Part shown: piece by piece, positions 53,801 through 64,000 of the stretch
Numbering within the stretch: the stretch's first letter is position 1
Layout of the letters: every line of letters starts with the position of its first letter
Origin: the human T2T-CHM13v2.0 reference genome, Homo sapiens
DNA: 64,000 bases
Strand: one strand, 5' to 3'
Assembly (NCBI RefSeq): GCF_009914755.1
Contig: NC_060939.1
Program-made: the position numbers and the translations under genes
The notes under the pieces: generated by a model
Told to the model about the DNA's origin: nothing
What the model saw: the letters and a program-made list of their open reading frames with translations, nothing else
The model's database searches: none

Positions 53801-56800
53801 CATTCCATTCGATTACATTCCATGCGATTCCATTCGAAATCGAATCAATTACATTGCAATCCATTACTATTGAGTCCGTTTTATTCCAGTCCACTGCATT
53901 CTGGTCCATTCCATTTGATTCCATTCCATTTTATTCCATTCCATACAGTTGCATTCCATTGGATTCCATGCTATATCTATAAATTCAATTCGAGACCATT
54001 GTTTTTGAGTCCATTCTATATGTTTCCATTCCATTCAAGTCCATTACATTTGGTTCAATTCCATTCCATTCCATTCCCTTCCATTCCATTCCAGTTGATA
54101 TCAATCCATTCGATTCCATTCCATTCGAGCACATTCCATTCGAGTCCATTCCATTCGATGCCATTCCATTTGATTCTATTCCATTAGTCTCCATTCAATT
54201 CCATTAATCTCCATTCCATTCCATTCTACTCCAACTGATTCCATTCCATTCTATTCCTTTCCATTCCATTTCATTCCATTCCATTCCATTTCATTCCATT
54301 CCATTCCAATCGCTTCCATTCCATTCGTGTCCATTCCACTCCAGTCCATTCCATTCGTGTCCATTCCATTCCAGTCCATTCCATTTGTGTCCACTGCATT
54401 CCATTCCACTCCATTCCATATTATTCCATTACACTCCGTTCCATACTATTACTTTCATTTCCATTCAATTCCATTCCATTTGATTCCATTCCACTCGGTT
54501 TCATTCCATTTGAGTCCACTCCATTCCATTCCATTCCATTCCATTCAGTTCCATTCCATTCTGTTCCATTCCATTCCGTTCCATTGCATTCCATTCCATT
54601 CGGTACCATTCCATATTGTTCCATTCGATTCCATTCGAATCCATTCCATTCCAGTCCATTCCATTCGATTCCATTCCATTCCTTTCAATTCCATTCCATT
54701 CCATTCCATTCCACTTGATTCCACTCCATTCCCTTCCACTGCATTCCATTCGATTCCATTCCATTGCATTGCATTCCATTCCATTGGACTGCATTCCATT
54801 CGATTCCATTCCATTCGAATCAATTACATAGCAATCCATTACATTCGAGTCTATTCTATTCCGTTCCATTCGATTTCGTTCCAATCCATTCGATTCCATT
54901 CCATTCGATTCCATTCCATACTATTGCATTCCATTCTATTACATTATATTCGAATAAGTTCCATTCAAGACCATTTCTTTTGAGTCCATTCTATTTGAGT
55001 CCATTCCCTTTGATTCCATAACATTTGAGTCCATTCAATTCCATTCCTTTCGTTTCCATTCCATTTGATGCCATTCCGTTCAATTCTGTTCTACTCGACT
55101 CCAATACATTCAATTCCATTCCATCCGATTCCATTACATTCTTTTCATTTCTTATCCATTTCAAGCCATTCCACTCCATTCCATTCCACTCGTTTCCTTT
55201 CCATTCGAGTCCATTCCTCTCCAGTCCATTCCGTTCAATCCATTCCATTCCAGTCCATTCCATTCGAGTCCGTTCCATTCCAGTCCATTCCATTCGAGTC
55301 AATTCCATTCCATTCGATGTCTTTCCATAACGATCCATTCCATTCTATTCCTTTCGATTCCATTCCATTCTATTTCTTCCATTCGATTCCCTTCCATTGG
55401 ACTCCTTTCCATTCGAGTGCATTCCATTCCATTCCATTTCTTTCCGTTCTGTACGATTCCTACCGTTCGATTTCATTTTGTTCCAGTCCATTCTTTCGCG
55501 TCCATTCCATTCCATTTCACTCCATTCGATTCCATTCCACTCGATTCCACTTCGTTCCATTTCATTGCATTCCATTCTATTCAACTCTATTGCCTTCCAT
55601 TCCATTCCATTCGATTACATTCCATGCGATTCCATTCGAAATCGAATCAATTACATTGCAATCCATTACTATTGAGTCCGTTTTATTCCAGTCCACTGCA
55701 TTCTGGTCCATTCCATTTGATTCCATTCCATTCTATTCCATTCCATACAGTTGCATTCCATTGGATTCCATGCTATATCTATAAATTCAATTGGAGACCA
55801 TTGCTTTTGAGTCCATTCTATATGATTCCATTCCATTCAAGTCCATTACATTTGGTTCAATTCCATTCCATTCCATTCCCTTCCATTCCATTCCAGTTGA
55901 TATCAATCCATTCGATTCCATTCCATTCGAGCACATTCCATTCGAGTGCATTCCATTCGATGCCATTCCATTTGATTCTATTCCATTAGTCTCCATTCAA
56001 TTCCATTAATCTCCATTCCATTCCATTCTACTCCAACTGATTCCATTCCATTCTATTCCTTTCCATTCCATTTCATTCCATTCCATTCCATTTCATTCCA
56101 TTCCATTCCATTTCATTCCATTCCATTCCATTCGCTTCCATTCCATTCGTGTCCATTCCACTCCAGTCCATTCCATTCGTGTCCATTCCATTCCAGTCCA
56201 TTCCATTTGTGTCCACTGCATTCCATTCCACTCCATTCCATATTATTCCATTACACTCCATTCCATTCTATTACTTTCATTTCCATTCAATTCCATTCCA
56301 TTTGATTCCATTCCACTCGGTTTCATTCCATTTGAGTCCACTCCATTCCATTCCATTCCATTCCATTCAGTTCCATTCCATTCTGTTCCATTCCATTCCG
56401 TTCCATTGCATTCCATTCCATTCGGTACCATTCCATATTGTTCCATTCGATTCCATTCGAATCCATTCCATTCCAGTCCATTCCATTCGATTCCATTCCA
56501 TTCCTTTCAATTCCATTCCATTCCATTCCATTCCACTTGATTCCACTCCATTCCCTTCCACTGCATTCCATTCGATTCCATTCCATTGCATTGCATTCCA
56601 TTCCATTGGATTGCATTCCATTCGATTCCATTCCATTCGAATCAATTACATAGCAATCCATTACATTCGAGTCTATTCTATTCCGTTCCATTCGATTTCG
56701 TTCCAATCCATTCGATTCCATTCCATTCGATTCCATTCCATACTATTGCATTCCATTCGATTATATTATATTCGAATAAGTTCCATTCAAGACCATTTCT

Positions 56801-56886
56801 TTTGAGTCCATTCTATTTGAGTCCATTCCCTTTGATTCCATAACATTTGAGTCCATTCAATTCCATTCCTTTCGTTTCCATTCCAT
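47849..56886 (+). repeat. Block of five heterogeneous monomers, copy 2
   Basis: Same spacing (1794,1814,1804,1804,1822) and same private variants as 22815-31852 at +25034. Confidence 0.88.
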
Positions 56887-59800
56887 TTGATGCCATTCCA
56901 TTCAATTCTGTTCTACTTGACTCCAATACATTCAATTCCATTCCATCCGATTCCATTACATTCTTTTCATTTCTTATCCATTTCAAGCCATTCCACTCCA
57001 TTCCATTCCACTCGTTTCCTTTCCATTCGAGTCCATTCCTCTCCAGTCCATTCCGTTCAATCCATTCCATTCCAGTCCATTCCATTCGAGTCCGTTCCAT
57101 TCCAATCCAATCCATTCGAGTCAATTCCATCCCATTCGATGTCTTTCCATAACGATCCATTCCATTCTATTCCTTTCGATTCCATTCCATTCTATTTCAT
57201 TCCATTCGATTCCCTTCCATTGGACTCCTTTCCATTCGAGTGCATTCCATTCCGTTCCATTTCTTTCCGTTCTGTACGATTCCTACCGTTCGATTTCATT
57301 TTGTTCCAGTCCATTCCTTTCGCGTCCATTCCATTCCATTTCACTCCATTCGATTCCATTCCACTCGATTCCACTTCGTTCCATTTCATTGCATTCCATT
57401 GTATTCAACTCTATTGCCTTCCATTCCATTCCATTCGATTACATTCCATGCGATTCCATTCGAAATCGAATCAATTACATTGCAATCCATTACTATTGAG
57501 TCCGTTTTATTCCAGTCCACTGCATTCTGGTCCATTCCATTTGATTCCATTCCATTCTATTCCATTCCATACAGTTGCATTCCATTGGATTCCATGCTAT
57601 ATCTATAAATTCAATTCGAGACCATTGCTTTTGAGTCCATTCTATATGATTCCATTCCATTCAAGTCCATTACATTTGGTTCAATTCCATTCCATTCCAT
57701 TCCCTTCCATTCCATTCCAGTTGATATCAATCCATTCGATTCCATTCCATTCGAGCACATTCCATTCGAGTCCATTCCATTCGATGCCATTCCATTTGAT
57801 TCTATTCCATTAGTCTCCATTCAATTCCATTAATCTCCATTCCATTCCATTCTACTCCAACTGATTCCATTCCATTCTATTCTTTCCATTCCATTTCATT
57901 CCATTCCATTCCATTTCATTCCATTCCATTCCATTCGTGTCCATTCCACTCCAGTCCATTCCATTCGTGTCCATTCCATTCCAGTCCATTCCATTTGTGT
58001 CCACTGCATTCCATTCCACTCCATTCCATATTATTCCATTACACTCCATTCCATTCTATTACTTTCATTTCCATTCAATTCCATTCCATTTGATTCCATT
58101 CCACTCGGTTTCATTCCATTTGAGTCCACTCCATTCCATTCCATTCCATTCCATTCAGTTCCATTCCATTCTGTTCCATTCCATTCCGTTCCATTACATT
58201 CCATTCCATTCGGTACCATTCCATATTGTTCCATTCGATTCCATTCGAATCCATTCCATTCCAGTCCATTCCATTCGATTCCATTCCATTCATTTCAATT
58301 CCATTCCATTCCATTCCATTACATTCCACTTGATTCCTCTCCATTCCCTTCCACTGCATTCCGTTCGATTCCATTCCATTGCATTGCATTCCATTCCATT
58401 GGATTGCATTCCATTCGATTCCATTCCATTCGAATCAATTACATTGCAACCCATTACATTCGAGTCTATTCTCTTCCGTTCCATTCGATTTCGTTCCAAT
58501 CCATTCGATTCCATTCCATTCGATTCCATTCCATACTATTGCATTCCATTCGATTACATTATATTCGAATAAGTTCCATTCAAGACCATTTCTTTTGAGT
58601 CCATTCTATTTGAGTCCATTCCCTTTGATTCCATAACATTTGAGTCCATTCAATTCCATTCCTTTCGTTTGCATTCCATTTGATGCCATTCCATTCAATT
58701 CTGTTCTACTCGACTCCAATACATTCAATTCCATTCCATCCGATTCCATTACATTCTTTTCATTTCTTATCCATTTCAAGCCATTCCACTCCATTCCATT
58801 CCACTCGTTTCCTTTCCATTCGAGTCCATTCCTCTCCAGTCCATTCCGTTCAATCCATTCCATTCCAGTCCATTCCATTCGAGTCTATTCCATTCCAGTC
58901 CATTCCATTCGAGTCAAATCCATCCCATTCGATGTCTTTCCATAACGATCCATTCCATTCTATTCCTTTCGATTCCATTCCATTCTATTTCATTCCATTC
59001 GATTCCCTTCCATTGGACTCCTTTCCATTCGAGTGCATTCCATTCCGTTCCATTTCTTTCCGTTCTGTACGATTCCTACCGTTCGATTTCATTTTGTTCC
59101 AGTCCATTCCTTTCGCGTCCATTCCATTCCATTTCACTCCATTCGATTCCATTCCACTCGATTCCACTTCGTTCCATTTCATTGCATTCCATTCTATTCA
59201 ACTCTATTGCCTTCCATTCCATTCCATTCGATTACATTCCATGCGATTCCATTCGAAATCGAATCAATTACATTGCAATCCATTACTATTGAGTCCGTTT
59301 TATTCCAGTCCACTGCATTCTGGTCCATTCCATTTGATTCCATCCCATTTTATTCCATTCCATACAGTTGCATTCCATTGGATTCCATGCTATATCTATA
59401 AATTCAATTCGAGACCATTGCTTTTGAGTCCATTCTATATGTTTCCATTCCATTCAAGTCCATTACATTTGGTTCAATTCCATTCCATTCCATTCCCCTC
59501 CATTCCATTCCAGTTGATATCAATCCATTCGATTCCATTCCATTCGAGCACATTCCATTCGAGTCCATTCCATTCGATGCCATTCCATTTGATTCTATTC
59601 CATTAGTCTCCATTCAATTCCATTAATCTCCATTCCATTCCATTCTACTCCAACTGATTCCATTCCATTCTATTCCTTTCCATTCCATTTCATTCCATTC
59701 CATTCCATTCGCTTCCATTCCATTCGTGTCCATTCCACTCCAGTCCATTCCATTTGTGTCCACTGCATTCCATTCCACTCCATTCCATATTATTCCATTA

Positions 59801-62800
59801 CACTCCATTCCATTCTATTACTTTCATTTCCATTCAATTCCATTCCATTTGATTCCATTCCACTCGGTTTCATTCCATTTGAGTCCACTCCATTCCATTC
59901 CATTCCATTCCATTCCATTCAGTTCCATTCCATTCTGTTCCATTCCATTCCGTTCCATTGCATTCCATTCCATTCGGTACCATTCCATATTGTTCCATTC
60001 GATTCCATTCGAATCCATTCCATTCCAGTCCATTCCATTCGATTCCATTCCATTCCTTTCAATTCCATTCCATTCCATTCCATTCCACTTGATTCCACTC
60101 CATTCCCTTCCACTGCATTCCATTCGATTCCATTCCATTGCATTGCATTCCATTCCATTGGACTGCATTCCATTCGATTCCATTCCATTCGAATCAATTA
60201 CATAGCAATCCATTACATTCGAGTCTATTCTATTCCGTTCCATTCGATTTCGTTCCAATCCATTCGATTCCATTCCATTCGATTCCATTCCATACTATTG
60301 CATTCTATTCGATTACATTATATTCGAATAAGTTCCATTCAAGACCATTTCTTTTGAGTCCATTCTATTTGAGTCCATTCCCTTTGATTCCATAACATTT
60401 GAGTCCATTCAATTCCATTCCTTTCGTTTCCATTCCATTTGATGCCATTCCATTCAATTCTGTTCTACTCGACTCCAATACATTCAATTCCATTCCATCC
60501 GATTCCATTACATTCTTTTCATTTCTTATCCATTTCAAGCCATTCCACTCCATTCCATTCCACTCGTTTCCTTTCCATTCGAGTCCATTCCTCTCCAGTC
60601 CATTCCGTTCAATCCATTCCATTCCAGTCCATTCCATTCGAGTCCGTTCCATTCCAGTCCATTCCATTCGAGTCAATTCCATCCCATTCGATGTCTTTCC
60701 ATAACGATCCATTCCATTCTATTCCTTTCGATTCCATTCCATTCTATTTCATTCCATTCGATTCCCTTCCATTGGACTCCTTTCCATTCGAGTGCATTCC
60801 ATTCCGTTCCATTTCTTTCCGTTCTGTACGATTCCTACCGTTCGATTTCATTTTGTTCCAGTCCATTCCTTTCGCGTCCATTCCATTCCATTTCACTCCA
60901 TTCGATTCCATTCCACTCGATTCCACTTCGTTCCATTTCATTGCATTCCATTCTATTCAACTCTATTGCCTTCCATTCCATTCCATTCGATTACATTCCA
61001 TGCGATTCCATTCGAAATCGAATCAATTACATTGCAATCCATTACTATTGAGTCCGTTTTATTCCAGTCCACTGCATTCTGGTCCATTCCATTTGATTCC
61101 ATTCCATTCTATTCCATTCCATACAGTTGCATTCCATTGGATTCCATGCTATATCTATAAATTCAATTCGAGACCATTGCTTTTGAGTCCATTCTATATG
61201 ATTCCATTCCATTCAAGTCCATTACATTTGGTTCAATTCCATTCCATTCCATTCCCTTCCATTCCATTCCATTTGATATCAATCCATTCGATTCCATTCC
61301 ATTCGAGCACATTCCATTCGAGTCCATTCCATTCGATGCCATTCCATTTGATTCTATTCCATTAGTCTCCATTCAATTCCATTAATCTCCATTCCATTCC
61401 ATTCTACTCCAACTGATTCCATTCCATTCTATTCTTTCCATTCCATTTCATTCCATTCCATTCCATTTCATTCCATTCCATTCCATTCGTGTCCATTCCA
61501 CTCCAGTCCATTCCATTCGTGTCCATTCCATTCCAGTCCATTCCATTTGTGTCCACTGCATTCCATTCCACTCCATTCCATATTATTCCATTACACTCCA
61601 TTCCATTCTATTACTTTCATTTCCATTCAATTCCATTCCATTTGATTCCATTCCACTCGGTTTCATTCCATTTGAGTCCACTCCATTCCATTCCATTCCA
61701 TTCCATTCAGTTCCATTCCATTCTGTTCCATTCCATTCCGTTCCATTACATTCCATTCCATTCGGTACCATTCCATATTGTTCCATTCGATTCCATTCGA
61801 ATCCATTCCATTCCAGTCCATTCCATTCGATTCCATTCCATTCATTTCAATTCCATTCCATTCCATTCCATTACATTCCACTTGATTCCTCTCCATTCCC
61901 TTCCACTGCATTCCGTTCGATTCCATTCCATTGCATTGCATTCCATTCCATTGGATTGCATTCCATTCGATTCCATTCCATTCGAATCAATTACATTGCA
62001 ACCCATTACATTCGAGTCTATTCTCTTCCGTTCCATTCGATTTCGTTCCAATCCATTCGATTCCATTCCATTCGATTCCATTCCATACTATTGCATTCCA
62101 TTCGATTACATTATATTCGAATAAGTTCCATTCAAGACCATTTCTTTTGAGTCCATTCTATTTGAGTCCATTCCCTTTGATTCCATAACATTTGAGTCCA
62201 TTCAATTCCATTCCTTTCGTTTGCATTCCATTTGATGCCATTCCATTCAATTCTGTTCTACTCGACTCCAATACATTCAATTCCATTCCATCCGATTCCA
62301 TTACATTCTTTTCATTTCTTATCCATTTCAAGCCATTCCACTCCATTCCATTCCACTCGTTTCCTTTCCATTCGAGTCCATTCCTCTCCAGTCCATTCCG
62401 TTCAATCCATTCCATTCCAGTCCATTCCATTCGAGTCCGTTCCATTCCAGTCCATTCCATTCGAGTCAAATCCATCCCATTCGATGTCTTTCCATAACGA
62501 TCCATTCCATTCTATTCCTTTCGATTCCATTCCATTCTATTTCATTCCATTCGATTCCCTTCCATTGGACTCCTTTCCATTCGAGTGCATTCCATTCCGT
62601 TCCATTTCTTTCCGTTCTGTACGATTCCTACCGTTCGATTTCATTTTGTTCCAGTCCATTCCTTTCGCGTCCATTCCATTCCATTTCACTCCATTCGATT
62701 CCATTCCACTCGATTCCACTTCGTTCCATTTCATTGCATTCCATTCTATTCAACTCTATTGCCTTCCATTCCATTCCATTCGATTACATTCCATGCGATT

Positions 62801-64000
62801 CCATTCGAAATCGAATCAATTACATTGCAATCCATTACTATTGAGTCCGTTTTATTCCAGTCCACTGCATTCTGGTCCATTCCATTTGATTCCATCCCAT
62901 TTTATTCCATTCCATACAGTTGCATTCCATTGGATTCCATGCTATATCTATAAATTCAATTCGAGACCATTGCTTTTGAGTCCATTCTATATGTTTCCAT
63001 TCCATTCAAGTCCATTACATTTGGTTCAATTCCATTCCATTCCATTCCCCTCCATTCCATTCCAGTTGATATCAATCCATTCGATTCCATTCCATTCGAG
63101 CACATTCCATTCGAGTCCATTCCATTCGATGCCATTCCATTTGATTCTATTCCATTAGTCTCCATTCAATTCCATTAATCTCCATTCCATTCCATTCTAC
63201 TCCAACTGATTCCATTCCATTCTATTCCTTTCCATTCCATTTCATTCCATTCCATTCCATTCGCTTCCATTCCATTCGTGTCCATTCCACTCCAGTCCAT
63301 TCCATTTGTGTCCACTGCATTCCATTCCACTCCATTCCATATTATTCCATTACACTCCATTCCATTCTATTACTTTCATTTCCATTCAATTCCATTCCAT
63401 TTGATTCCATTCCACTCGGTTTCATTCCATTTGAGTCCACTCCATTCCATTCCATTCCATTCCATTCCATTCAGTTCCATTCCATTCTGTTCCATTCCAT
63501 TCCGTTCCATTGCATTCCATTCCATTCGGTACCATTCCATATTGTTCCATTCGATTCCATTCGAATCCATTCCATTCCAGTCCATTCCATTCGATTCCAT
63601 TCCATTCCTTTCAATTCCATTCCATTCCATTCCATTCCACTTGATTCCACTCCATTCCCTTCCACTGCATTCCATTCGATTCCATTCCATTGCATTGCAT
63701 TCCATTCCATTGGACTGCATTCCATTCGATTCCATTCCATTCGAATCAATTACATAGCAATCCATTACATTCGAGTCTATTCTATTCCGTTCCATTCGAT
63801 TTCGTTCCAATCCATTCGATTCCATTCCATTCGATTCCATTCCATACTATTGCATTCCATTCGATTACATTATATTCGAATAAGTTCCATTCAAGACCAT
63901 TTCTTTTGAGTCCATTCTATTTGAGTCCATTCCCTTTGATTCCATAACATTTGAGTCCATTCAATTCCATTCCTTTCGTTTCCATTCCATTTGATGCCAT
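56887..64000 (+). repeat. Run of monomers in 3552-bp dimer register (1793,1759,1793,1759)
   Basis: Landmarks at 56887, 58680, 60439, 62232, 63991. Confidence 0.88.

Larger units (their letters stand above)
1..64000 (+). repeat. Satellite III (HSat3-type) array of degenerate (CATTC)n/(GGAAT)n pentamers, C-rich strand on +, organised as ~1.8-kb tandem monomers; most likely human D15Z1/HSat3A5 (chr15 short arm)
   Basis: Seen: CATTC runs with CATTCGATTC/CATTCGAGTC variants throughout, no inversion or insertion. The landmark TTGATGCCATTCC (MMPF ORF start) recurs at 1361, 3165, 4949, 6753, 8537, 10351, 12159 ... 62232, 63991, with spacings of 1754-1822 bp. One KpnI site (GGTACC) per monomer (893, 2702, 4481, 6290, 8069, 9883, 13455 ...). 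Established: D15Z1 was defined as a 1.8-kb KpnI satellite III repeat. The satellite III call is near-certain; the chromosome assignment is less so. Confidence 0.97.
40434..64000 (+). repeat. 25,034-bp 14-monomer super-repeat, copy 2 (truncated by window end)
   Basis: Colinear with ~15400-38966. The differences I noticed are C32367/G57401, C35272/T60306 and one extra pentamer near 63441-63470 versus 38407-38431; this is not an exhaustive comparison. Confidence 0.92.

Noticed and set aside
276-63840. Minus-strand MEWNG-repeat ORFs
   Set aside because: Direct translation of (GGAAT)n, a well-known source of spurious proteins from human satellite contamination in databases.
1-64000. CRISPR array or prokaryotic repeat system
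   Set aside because: No unique spacers, leader or cas genes; the sequence is continuous degenerate pentamer.
1-64000. Identification as HSat2 (also ~1.8-kb units on chr1)
   Set aside because: Lacks the characteristic GATGATTCC/23-26-bp HSat2 units; long pure CATTC runs indicate HSat3.
1-64000. Strand inversion or embedded Alu/L1/unique insertion
   Set aside because: All landmark spacings stay within 1754-1822 bp and the + strand remains C/T-rich throughout, leaving no room for an insertion or inversion.

Overview
The whole 64-kb window is one uninterrupted, single-orientation block of classical satellite III DNA (HSat3-type degenerate (CATTC/GGAAT)n pentamers). I see no unique sequence, transposon insertion, RNA gene or credible protein-coding gene; all ORFs are artefacts of the stop-poor pentamer. 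The pentamers form ~35.5 tandem monomers of 1754-1822 bp, almost all with a single KpnI site. This matches the known 1.8-kb KpnI satellite D15Z1/HSat3A5 of human chromosome 15p, although that assignment is inferred, not database-checked. The interesting content is a nested repeat hierarchy readable from diagnostic variants: 5-bp pentamer; 20-bp sub-units in a hypervariable segment; an ancient ~980-bp-offset internal duplication in each monomer; the ~1.8-kb monomer; two distinct ~3.6-kb dimers (3588 bp on the left, 3552 bp elsewhere); a relic ~19.7-kb copy relationship; and a near-identical 25,034-bp 14-monomer super-repeat covering ~15.4-64 kb, marked by private BamHI and NruI sites. I found no evidence for a new gene system.
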